From Podarcis cretensis (Eukaryota), in NCBI GenBank assembly GCA_951804945.1, contig OX638149.1, forward strand, positions 111,848,001-111,912,000: DNA of 64,000 nt, given 5' to 3'. Positions 43,661 to 57,400 of this stretch are shown here, piece after piece (the first letter of the stretch is position 1; every line of letters begins with the position of its first letter). A program made the position numbers and the translations under genes. The notes below the pieces were generated by a model. The model saw nothing but the letters and a program-made list of their open reading frames with translations. It was not told the origin of the DNA and searched no databases.

Positions 43661-44775
43661 TTATAATGGCCAGATTGTTCTGTTGCTCTAAGTCCTTCAG
43701 ACGCTGTCCAATTAGCCTTTTTGCCGATATGGGTTGTCATTTGACATTTCCACCCAGACACTGCTTCTGACTGCAGTATTCCGGGTACTTCTGGGAAATT
43801 CTGGATGTATGGCAACCCTATTTCAGCAAGACACTCCCTTCCTGAGTGCACTCACTTCATCCTCCTCATGACCTTTGCTGCTGTCCCATTCACTGACTTT
43901 TCCCTCTGGGCTTAATTGTGCCCAGAGAATGAGGCATGCAGATGGCCACCCATCTCAGTGCTTGCTTGCTCTGAGAGGGTGAGGAAACAAGGCAGCAATA
44001 GCAAGGAGCAGGAGCATCGGTGGCAGAGGGCTCCAGTGGTCAACAGTGGCCCCTTTGCTCACTGACACCATCCTGGGAGCAAGCCATGGTTAGCTGGGAT
44101 TTTGTCCATTTATTGTTTCCCTTCTAAAGAATGGAGGGCGATGAGAAACAGTTCCACTAGGCAGAGACGTTCACTGTAATCAAGTAGAACTGCCTAATAA
44201 ATATTCATTTAATATTTTCCTGTGTTAACATTGATACAGATCGCTCAGGTGCTCTGGGGCAAGTCCCTAAAAAGCATCTGTGTTTCAATCATTCCTCTGT
44301 AAATCAGTGGAGGGAGGGAAAGAGTTTTTCAACACAGTCATTTCATTGGTAATAATTTCTAGGTAATTGGGTTTGGTGATTACATGTGGTGATTTTAATG
44401 GTAGCCTATTGATGCAGCTGCAATGGTTCTTTTGATTTTCCTACAATTTATTTTCAGATTTTTTTAATTTTTCGGATAATTTTATCTGTAAGGTTAATGA
44501 TTATGATTCCTTCCTCCCTTCTTTCTGTGATGTTCTTAGTGTTGTTTCCATGATATTTAAGTGATGTTTCTTTCTGGGTATTTTACAACTGCTTTGTAAT
44601 ATGAATTGTTATTTTCTTCTTAATCGTGTTCCAGTGGCGTCTTACAGTGTTGTAAACATTGGATTTCAGTGTACATGTCAATCAGAGGCATTTCACTATG
44701 CTTACGATGCCTTGGCCTTGCACATGGCTTTCAGGAGTTTCTGATTTGGGGTTGCTCCCTCATTTTCCCTCACAG

Positions 44776-45123
44776 TCTCTGCTGAGCATCCGTGGCTCCT
44801 TGTTCTCCCCAAGGCGCAGCAGCAAAGCGAGCCTTTTCAGCTTCAGAGGCCGAGCAAAGGACATCGGGTCGGAGAACGACTTTGCCGACGACGAGCACAG
44901 CACCTTCGAAGACAACGAGAGCAGAAGGGACTCTCTCTTTGTCCCTCACAGACATAGTGAGAGGCGCAACAGTAACATCAGCCAGGCCAGTCGATCATCC
45001 AGGATGGTACCTGTGCTTCCAGCAAACGGGAAGATGCACAGCACCGTGGACTGCAATGGGGTGGTCTCCTTAGTTGGTGGGCCTCCAGGTCTGATGTCAC
45101 CCACTGGGCAGCTTCTGCCTGAG
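44776..45123 (+). CDS. SCN2A: Coding exon 11, loop 1 ([10 protein letters not shown]...GQLLPE)
   Basis: 348 nt; cacag| and GAG|gtaata; PKA-type motifs RRSS, RRDS, RRNS. Confidence 0.94.
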
Positions 45124-45707
45124 GTAATAACAGCAGCCACCGATTTGAAACTGTGCAGTCATTCGGCCAAGGAACTTCATTCCTTTCTGTGGAATGAAGT
45201 TTGCTTGGACAATTGCAATGCGCCCTACGGGGGGGGGGCAAGCAGTGGCAGAGCTTCATGCTCTGGCACTGGGGGGTGGGAGGTGGTGGAGAGCAGGCAT
45301 GTCCTGGGGCATGGCATGCTGCCTGCGGGGGGTGGCACCCAGCGTGGGCGGGGGAGCAGCCACGATGGCACCCCACCGCGATCACACTGCCGGGGTGGTG
45401 CGCTCCCCCCGCACTCCTCTTCCTCCGCCAGTGGGGGCAAGGTGGGGCTGCCCGGCGGTACCATTGGGAGTGCAAATGTGTCTCTGCAGCTCCCACCTTG
45501 CCACACCCTTCCAGGAGGGCAGTAGTGTAGCACTTTTCCACCACAATGGTTGCCCCTGCTGGATAGCATCAATGGGACTTACCGCCAAGTAATATTTATG
45601 ACTTGCAGCCTAAAGGAGATTTGGGTATCTTCATCTTCAGTTTGTGGGTATTCTTACGGGACCAAAGAGATGAGAACTGTTAACATTCCTAAGTATTTTG
45701 TTTTCAG

Positions 45708-45840
45708 GGCACCACTACAGAAACAGAACTAAGAAAAAGACGCTCCAGTTCTTACCATATGTCTATGGATTTTCTGTCTGATCCTACTGCAAGACAAAGA
45801 GCAATGAGTATAGCCAGCATACTTACCAACACAATGGAAG
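45708..45840 (+). CDS. SCN2A: Coding exon 12 ([16 protein letters not shown]...TNTMEE)
   Basis: 133 nt; ttcag| and |gtatgt. Confidence 0.95.
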
Positions 45841-46956
45841 GTATGTAGAATCTTTCCAAAATCCAGTGGACGAAAACTGAGATTACCATTTAGAAAACAA
45901 ATAACAAAATGTCCGCTTACAGTTATCTGCTTCTGTTTGGCTGCCTGTTATGTTCTCTGCATCCACAACCATTATTTTACTCTTCTGGTAGTTATACACC
46001 ATTATGTTATGGCCATTGACTTTTGTTCCCACAGCCATTCTAAATCTAGGAGGGAAGAAGCGCTTGTTTTACCAATTTTAGTAAATGTAAATACAGTGAT
46101 AATACACAAATTATGATTGACAAACATGGTGCAACAGGATACTCCTGTGGGCCAGAGCCACTGAGCTGCTAAGTCTCTGCTGAGCAAAGTTGAGCAGTGT
46201 TGAGTCACATTGATTTCAGCAACAGAGTTACATTACAATCATATGCATGCCTACTCTCAAGTAAGCCCCACTTTGTTCAGTAGGTAAATATGCATAAGGT
46301 TGCAACCTTAAGGACAGACAAGTGTCAAAGACTTAACCCCCTCATTTCTACCAAGGAGATTTCCTAGCAATGCTCTCTAGGTTAAATATCATATTGATAG
46401 CTAGGTGCCCAGTTTCTGGGCAATTTGATATTTGTATCTAGGAATCTGAGGGTAGCATCTAAGAGTTTCAAATATTTTTCAGCTTCTTCTTAGGCACTGC
46501 CAATTGTTTAGACAGCTAAAGCTTTGTCCTGGTGATATTGAGAGCTGAGGAAGTAAAGGAGGATTTTAATTGGCTCAGTTGAAATATCACATCAAACCAT
46601 GGTTTCTGCTATGCATAGTTAGGTACCCACACCATAGTTTAAGCTTCCAGACACACAACAGGGAATTAGTGGTTTAGAGTGCTTTCATTTTCCACATATT
46701 CACTCCCATCTCCAAGGTACAGCGGCTTCTTGAGACTGCAGTGACCCTATCTGGGATTTGTCTGCGGCTTGTGGATTCAGATATAACAGCAACCCACTAA
46801 ACCCAAACTGTGGTTTGCAAACCAGCATACAGCTTTGGTTTGATATCCTGGTTTGGTGAAGGTTAAACTGGGCTCAGAATGCCATCACCTTAATGAATCA
46901 TATCACGAAACATGCCTTGTAGGGGAAAAAATCTGTACCACATAATTATGAGTTGA

Positions 46957-47259
<303 letters not shown>

Positions 47260-47675
47260 TAGTATAATAAATAACAGAAAGCAAAAAAAAGAAAAAAAAA
47301 GAGCTAATTTATTTCACTTGCTTTACTCTGTTGGACTTAGTTAGATATCACCCACTGAAATAATTATGAAATTGCTTGGGTTGGATTGGGTCAGGATTAA
47401 AAGCCTAATTACAAATTACTTTAAATTTGCTGCTTGAAGTGGTGTCAGCAGTTTTGAAAAAGTAAAACCAAGCACCAGAACTTGTATGAGAAAAAAGATT
47501 GGGCCTGTATGAGGATTTAAGCCTGATCAAGTGGTTCACTTCTGGTGGGTTGTTTTTTTCCTTAATAAAACAATTTTTTTTTGATGCTGTAGCTCTTCGT
47601 CTCTGCTCGGCAAACATTTGATGAATGCGATCATTGTTATCTGAGGTGGATGACTAATAATGTATTTTTGTGTAG

Positions 47676-47882
<207 letters not shown>

Positions 47883-48284
47883 TGATTATATTATATATAC
47901 AGATTCATAATTTGATCGGTGTACAACAGGGCAGGCCCACCACATATGGAAATACCTGCCCCACTCTTGACAACCACCCTAACCTACAATCATTTTGGCA
48001 GAAAGTTTTTGAAGAATATTTTGCTGTAGTACTGGATATTATTCCAGTGGACCGAGGCTCAGTTCTGTTATCCATTTCCCGCGGAACCATGCAGAATATA
48101 AATTACGAATGTACATACTATACATTTTACTACACGTGCATGATTTTTTGAAAATTCGCTCAGGAACAAATCAGCAGGTAATAGTGTAATATTCTAATAG
48201 CGCACCCCCAAGCATGTTTCCTTAGAAGTTTAAGTGTTACTCATTCCAAAGTAAGTGTATATAAGATTGCAGCCTACAGCTATT

Positions 48285-51200
48285 TTTTTTTTTAAATATT
48301 TTTATTAATTTCCAATTTTTAACAGAAACAAAAAACAACAGAAAAAACAGACAAACAAAAAAAACTCATATTTTCATAACCTTATTTTCATAACCCTCTT
48401 TTCCCGGACTTCCCCATACCTTTCCCTTTTTGCATCCTTAGTTTAGTACCATTATTCAGCAACCTATCTTACCCAATTAAATAGAAATTCGTCGTCTTTC
48501 TCTATTCCACCCTAAATTTTAAACCCAATTATCGCTGCAATTCTACGTCTTCTTTTCCCTCAGCATTTTAACACTCCTCAGTTTTATAGTAATTCTTAAG
48601 ATACATCTTAAATTTCTTCCAATCTTCTTCCACAGTCTCTTTCCCTTGGTCGCGGATTCTGCCAGTCATTTCTGCCAGTCCCATAAAGTCAATCACTTTC
48701 GCCTGCCATTCCTCCAGCGTGGGTAGTTCTTGTGTCTTCCAATACTTTGCTAGAAGAATCCTTGCTGCCGTGGTAGCGTACAAAAAGAAATTCTTATCCT
48801 TCTTCGGCACCAGCTGGCCGACCATACCCAAGAGAAATGCCTCTGGTTTCTTGTTAAAGGTGCACTTAAGCACTTTCTTAATTTCATTATAAATCATTTC
48901 CCAGAAGGCCTTAATCTTTGGGCAGGTCCACCAGAGGTGGAAAAAGGTACCCTCAGTCTCTTTACATTTCCAGCATTTGTTATTGGGCAGATGATAAATC
49001 TTCGCAAGCTTGACTGGGGTCATGTACCACCTATAAATCATTTTCATTATGTTTTCTCGTAAGGCATTGCATGCCGTAAATTTAATACCTGTGGTCCATA
49101 ACTGCTCCCAGTCAGCAAACATAATGTCATGACCTATGTCCTGTGCCCATTTAACCATAGCAGACTTCACTGTCTCATCTATTGTATTCCACTTCAACAG
49201 CAAGTTGTACATTCTTGATAAGTTCTTAGTATTGGGTTCTAACAATTCTGTTTCTAATTTCGATTTCTCCACCTGGAAACCAATTTTCCTGTCTTGTTTA
49301 AAAGCCTCCATTATTTGAAAATAATGGAGCCAATCTCGTACCTTGGACTTTATTTTCTCATAGCTTTGTAGTTTAAATTCACCACCTTCTTGTTCTAAAA
49401 TCTCAGAATATTTTGGCCAATTGGTTGTCATATTAAGTTTCTTTACCTCCTTAGCCTCCATAGGTGAAAGCCACCTGGGAGTTCTATTTTCCAATAAATC
49501 TTTATACCGTATCCATACATTATATAGTGCTTTCCTGACAATGTGATTTTTAAAACCCTTATACACTTTAACCTTGTCATACCAGATATATGCATGCCAC
49601 CCAAAATTGTTATCAAATCCTTCCAAATCTAAAATGTCTGCATTTTCAAGAAGTAGCCAATCTTTTAACCAGCAGAAAGCTGCCGATTCATAGTAAAGTC
49701 TTAAGTCCGGCAGGGCAAACCCCCCTCTTTCTTTAGAGTCAGTAAGTATCTTAAACTTGATTCTGGGCTTTTTGCCCTGCCAGACAAATTTAGATATGTC
49801 TTTCTGCCACTTCTTGAAACAGTCCAGTTTATCAACAATTTGTAATGTCTGAAATAAAAATAACATTCTAGGCAATACATTCATTTTAATCACAGCAATT
49901 CGACCTAACAAGGAAAGCTTCAGGTTTGACCATATTTCTAAATCTTTCTTTATCTCAGTCCAGCACTTGTCATAGTTGTCCTTAAATAAGTTCACATTCT
50001 TAGATGTCATGTTAATCCCCAGGTATTTTACACTCTTTGCCACCACTAGCCCAGTTTCTTCTTGGAATCTTTCCCTTTCAACATTTGTTAAATTCTTTTC
50101 CAGTACCTTGGTTTTTTGTTTATTCAACTTAAATCCTGCGACCTGGCCAAATATTTGAATTAATTCCAAAGCTCTTTTGGTACTAGTGTCTGGCTCTTGC
50201 AAAGTCAGTACTAAGTCATCTGCAAAAGCCTTTAATTTGTAATGTCTGGCTCCGACCTGAATCCCTTTTACCAGCTGATCTCCCCTAATCATATTTAACA
50301 GGACCTCCAGGACCGATATAAAAAGTAATGGGGATATTGGGCACCCCTGACGTGTCCCTTTTTCTATAGGTAATTCATCCATAACCACATTATTTACAAT
50401 TAACTTCGCCTTTTGCTCAGAATAGATTGCACTTATACCATTTTCAAACCTTTGGCCTACCCCCATCCCATGGAGATTCTTTTTCATAAATTTCCAAGAT
50501 ATATTGTCAAAGGCTTTCTCCGCGTCCACAAAAATTAAAACTGCTTTTGTATTAATGTTCACTGACAGCATTTCTATAATGTCAATTATATTCCTTACAT
50601 TGGTAGATATATGCCTACCCGGGAGAAAGCCTGCCTGATCTTTATGAATCTCCTCCACCAACACCTTCTTTAGTCTTCTTGCCAAAATGTCTGCAAAAAT
50701 TTTGTAATCCACATTAAGTAATGATATAGGGCGGTAGTTCTTGATCTGTTTTTTATCAACCTCAGTCTTTGGTATAAGTGTGATGAAAGCTTCTTTCCAC
50801 GTCTCAGGTGCCCTTTTCCCCTCTAGTATCTCGTTGCAAACCTCCTTAAGTGGCTGAATTATCCAGTCTTTCAAAGCTTTGTAATATCTGGAGGTTAGTC
50901 CATCTGGCCCTGGAGATTTCCCCAATTGCATGTTTTGAATGGCACCCTCGATTTCTTGTTCGGTTATTTTCTCATTTAAAAACGCTGTACTTTGTTGCGA
51001 AATTTTTTGTAATCCATATTTCTTAAGAAATTCTTCCATATCTCTTTCGTTTTCCGGCCCTTGTGCATACAGTCTTCTGAAATAGCTCTGAAAACAGTTG
51101 CTGATCTCATTTGGTTTCGAAATATTCTTTCCATCTACCTCCAAACTTGTAACTGTGTTCAATTTCAATCTCTTCTTCAATTGCCATGACAGGAGTTTCC

Positions 51201-51540
51201 CACATTTGTCTGCCGATTCAAATGTCTTTTGTCTCATTCGTTTAATTTTCCATTCAATCTCCTGGTTCATCAATTCCATATATTGCTTCTGATACAGTTT
51301 GATTTGTCTCAAGATCTCATGTGACTTTGGGTTGGATCTCAGTTTCTTTTCACTGTCTTTTATCCTTTCCAAAATTTTATCTTTCTTCTCCTGTTGTTTC
51401 CTCCTTTTCAAGGAGTTCTGCTGTATCAAGAAACCCCTCATCACGGCCTTGCTTGCGTCCCAGATCACTCGTTTCTCCACTTCTGTCCTTAGATTTATCT
51501 CAAAATAGTCCTTCAAAGTCTTTTGGGCCTTTTGGTACAC
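48285..51540 (-). mobile_element. 5'-truncated young L1; uninterrupted 990-codon ORF2 (48568-51540) with RT and C-terminal CCHC, endonuclease domain missing
   Basis: KSPGPDG, NYRPISLLNVDYKI, DAEKAFD, GTRQGCPISP and FADD motifs; 8-bp TSD cagctatt; poly(A) tail. Confidence 0.95.
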
Positions 51541-52164
51541 CAGCTATTAATCATTCAAGTCACTGAGACCTATCTGCTTTGTTCCCTTAATGCAAGAGGA
51601 GTAAAAAAAAAATCACTGGCCAGAAATCAACTAAGCAGTTCTGCTAGTGGGAGACAGCACAGGAGCTCATGCTAGCACAATGGGGCATCCCTTCCTCTCT
51701 TTTCACTGCATGCCCCTTGTGCGCCTCCCCCCCCCCCAATATTTTTTGGGCTATGATGCACCCGAGAGCCTCCAGAACACAGCATTGGAACAGAAGAGGG
51801 AGGTCCTTCTGTCAGGCAAACAACAAGGCTTATACTGATCGAATGTCTGTTTCAGCACAACATTCAATTCTTCCCATTGCATCTAATGTTTTCCATATTA
51901 GAAACTGGCTTTTAAAGAAATGCAGCTTCCTAATTCTGCTACTAGGAAAATGTGCTCTGCTAATCAGATTTAGTCACTAGGAGAAGTCTTGCATATGTGT
52001 AAACCGAAATTACTTAATCTGCAATGCAAGTATTTGATTAAATATTTTAGGCTCAATTACCTATGAATAAAAAAATATACACTGTCAGCTTTCATCAACC
52101 TACTTCTTCCAGAAGACAGCTCTAATATTAATTGAAATGTAAAGATAATAAACACTAATAGTGA

Positions 52165-52632
<468 letters not shown>

Positions 52633-52977
52633 TGACCTCAGCTCTTATTGGTTATAGCTCACAAAGATTGACATGGCATAAGGCAGGAATCCAGTCATCA
52701 GACAGTCCACCTGTTGGCTGATAGCACCATCCAAACTTGAGTGTATGGATGACGTTGCAAGGCTTCTATGGAATCCGGGTCCACCAAGGTGCAAACCTAT
52801 ACAGTGTTCCCAATGTGCACCTCAAGAGTATGGCATCTGGGCCAACTCCCTGAGTTGGGTTTGGGTTGAGGCCCAAAGCAACACTTCAAGACCCCTTAAG
52901 AAGTTCCCCCCAGTGGGGAAAAGGATGCCCATCCCCATTTACCTCTGCTATGGATGCAGCCCAATGCCTCCAGGATA

Positions 52978-53223
52978 CAGTGGTACCTCTGGATGCGAAT
53001 GGGATCCGTTCTGGAGTCCTGTTCGCATCCTGAAGCGAACGCAACTCGCGTCTGCACGGATCGCAATTCGCCGCTTCCGTGCACGTGCGTGATGTCATTT
53101 TGAGCATCTGCGCATGCGCGAGTGGCAAAACCCAGAAGTAACATGTTCCGTTACTTCCGTGTCGCCGCGGAGCGCAACCCAAAAATGCTCAACCTGAAGC
53201 TACTTCAACCCGAGGTATGACTG
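52978..53223. mobile_element. Tc1/mariner MITE
   Basis: TA|cagtggtacctc...gaggtatgactg|TA. Confidence 0.8.
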
Positions 53224-53882
53224 TATAGGAATTACTGTGGTGGTTAAAAGAAACAGCTAAATAAAATGTGCCCCCAGGAAAGGATCAATCTGAAATGCAT
53301 CAGGCCTGAAATAAATCTTTCCTCAAGCTCCTGAAATTCCTTTCCCTGTTTCCTTTCCAGTGCCCGTAATAAGAAGTTGCAATAAGCGTGTAGAAAAAAA
53401 TAATGGATGAATGCTACAGGAACTTAGAAATGTGTGTGCAATAAAGAATGAAGAGAGCAGCGGTGAACAAACTCTTTCCCCTTCTAATTCTCAGTTTGAG
53501 ATGCCTTGTTAGTTTCATCTCAACAATGAAGTGGCTTCTCCATACAAAAGCTTTCTACCACATGTCCAGTACATGTTCTTTCCGCACGAAGAAGGAGGCC
53601 TTAGGTCATGTTTTGCAAATCTGAAACTTCATCTTCAGGTAGTAGACCCTAGGACACCTTCAGCTTAGAGCAGGAGTAGGGAACATGGGCTACAACTTCC
53701 ATCATGCTGTCTGGAGCTGACGGGAGCTGGAATCAAACAGCAGCTAGACTTGGAAGCATGACGTAAGAATGGCTTGGCAGGATAATAATTAGGATACAAA
53801 ATTGTTACACCGAGAAAAGAATTATTGTCATTTAAATTGTGCAAAATATGTAGAACCTCTTGTCGTCTTTTTGCCTTAATAG

Positions 53883-54422
<540 letters not shown>

Positions 54423-57400
54423 TGAAGTTCCCATTTGAAAACATGGCATTTTAGTGTTTTACCACCAGTGTGAACAAGTGATATACCTTGATATTTCATG
54501 TTTCCCAATGCAAAGGTAGAAGACAGTGATTTTTATTAACACGGTTGTTCGTTATGGCAGTTGAAATACTCTAACTCCTTCTTTGAAGATTACCATTAAC
54601 TTCATATGTTTAATATTCCCCACTTTTTTATTGTATCAAACCTATATAATAAATGAGAATCAGTGATAGTTTTGTAGCCTTGTAATTAAATTGCCCACAG
54701 TTAATCATCTAATTTATCTAACATGACCTCTACCTCACTGAGTTCTTGGTGTCAACTTGACCTGCCCTAGAATTCTAAGCTGAAAGAAGACAGGATATTT
54801 AGTACAAATATCTATGCTTTGGGAAAAACCATTTTTGGATATACGGTATACACAATAATTTGTTAAGTTAGCTTTAGCCTCCCTCAAACTGTGAACAACA
54901 CACACTGGATGCTAGAATGTGTTGGGGAATTTCCCCACCTACAGTAAATGCCTGAGATGTAGACATTTTGGGTTAGGAGGATAACCCCCCAGCCACCCAT
55001 TCCCTCAATATAGATTTTCTAGCACTTTCCTCAATAATATTTGGGATTGAGCAATGGCAGGTGGAATTCTGGGTGGCATGGACTAGTCTCATATTTTATT
55101 TTAGTTTTGAAAAAAACTAGGTTAGCCTTCAGCAACATGGCATCCTCCACATGTTTTGGTGAAACTTCATCTAGAGAATTATTTTGGGAATTGTGCTCAT
55201 TGTCTGCCTGGCTGTTATATTTGGAACTGGGGATATCCCCTCTGCACAAAGATAAAATTAGTGGCCCAAGGTTGCAGAGGGAAGGGAGGAATTTTTTCAC
55301 ATGTGATATGCTTCTTGCATTACATTCTTGGAGTTGTTGCTTTTTAAGCACTTCTGTGTTTAGGGTTGTCTGGTCCCCGGCAGCACAAAACCTTGAAATG
55401 TTAGACAGGGCATTGTGGGGAACTCAAACCATTATTTTGCTAAAATATTTTACTATTCATACACAATGTCAGGACACTCAGGACAGATTACAGCGAACTC
55501 TAAGCTACAACGGTGCCGCAGTCTGAGCCAACTACCCATTATGTGGGACTTCCATTGTTATAATTCCATTATTCCCCATTTCCCCCCTTTCTTATAAAAT
55601 AGCCATAGCCTGGCCCAGGCAAATCTGGGCTAAGGCGCTGAGGGGGTGATGTTTGAGACTTTGCTCTCACACCACAAACCCTATCCTAATAATAAGAGCA
55701 TAGCTGCTAGTAGCCACAGAGGGGGGAAATTGTGGTCATCACAACTGTACCTAATAATAGGGGAATAATTTCCTGTGCCAGCACAATCTGCTCAAGCTGC
55801 ATGGAATTTGTACGCTTGCATACCTCAAAACCCTTTAGCTGCCACCTACTTTCAGACAATTAACACCCAGGGCAAAAACCTGGAACCCTATCTGTTGTAT
55901 GCTTTCCGTATGTGGCCCAATGTAGCCTGGTTTGATTGGTGGAGGAAGACGGTGAGTTTGACTGGTGAATAGGTCTGCCTTAGGAAAAGCTGGTTGGGAA
56001 AGAAGATGGCCGCCCCCCCCCCCCCATTCTGTGACCTTGTTCACACAAAATGATAAAGTATAGTTATTGGAATTGAGCAGCTCAATACACAATCTAGTGC
56101 ACATTGCTCAATCACTCCCACTTTGTTTCTTCCCTAAAGCTCTGGCTTGTCATTACATTTGAACTGGGATTGTGCTTGTTGCTCCATAGTTAGCTATGAT
56201 CAGCAAGCTAACAACAAACCATGGCTTCATTTGGGCTTGTTAGGAAGAAACAGCCCACAATCATAGTCCATTCATAATGACAAGCCAAGGCTTCATGGCT
56301 TGCTGGGAGCAATCAGGAACAATCAAGCAGTGTGGCACCAGCACAAAGTTTTATCTAAATAAGCTGTTGTCCATGGTTTATTGGACTTCAGACTTATGAA
56401 TAACAAAAAGAAGTGTTGCTTTCCACAGTGTCATTTAAGGTGATTTTTTAAAAAATTGAATTCTAGGCATCCGGAGGAGTTATAATGTATTTGTTCAGAT
56501 TAAGAAATTTTAGAAGACATTTATTTATTAACTTTGGTAAAACTATTTCATAGTTTTGTTAAATGAAAACAGGAGGGTTCCATTCCAAAGGTACTTGTGA
56601 ATGTTCCAGCCTTGTGTGTGACCTTGAAACTAATTTCAGGTTTGTGATTTGAAAATCCAGTCCAGCGAGTCAGTGCAGCTTCTGCAGGAATCTCCTCTGT
56701 TTTAGGATCCAGCTTCTAATTTACCTCTGTACATTGCAATCAAATTCTAGCAACATTTAACAGTGCATGATTTTGAGGGACATTTTTATTAAGGCAATGA
56801 ATACACCTTTTCCCTGTGTTATTTTAGATGACGTGCAATTAGTACCTGTAAGCCAAGTCATACGTAATAATAATCCAAAATCAAAAGCAGAGATACTGTT
56901 TTATAAACTTCATGTCCTACCATTCTTACTTCTCGCAGGATTAAAATCAAGCTGGATCATTCAGGAATGCAGCTCTGGTGCTTTTTGTTTTTACCAAGCA
57001 GAGCAACGAGCAGCATCAATTTTACACAGGTTACTTAAGCAAGTTGTTCTACCTCTATATATGATACCTTTTAACTGGATATGGATTGGCTTGCATGCTA
57101 CTCAGCCATCTTCCTCCTCCCCTCCCATCCATTGCAATATTAGAAAGCTACACGGCTGCTCTCTGCCGAGTCAGGTGACTCGCATCACAGCATGGGCAGG
57201 CAGGATTGGCAAGTCCAACATTTGTAGGCGTTCAGACTCCAGTTAGGCCGCACTCTTTATTATAATGCAATTTTATAGCAAGCGGAAGAAGAAATGCATG
57301 TAATTTGTTCAACCTGAAAAGCATTTGTTTCACTAGGTGTAACTGGGAGACGAAGTACGTTGGGCAAGCAAAGGGATTAATTGCTTAATCCAAGGGTGGA

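Noticed and set aside
44659-45592. 288-aa ORF and several overlapping ORFs extending past coding exon 11
   Set aside because: The extension runs through a GC-rich, stop-poor, repeat-like intronic stretch; the donor at 45123 and the next exon at 45708 explain the protein.
56767-57246. 159-aa intronic ORF
   Set aside because: No recognisable homology; the splice-site pattern in this region is more informative than the ORF.
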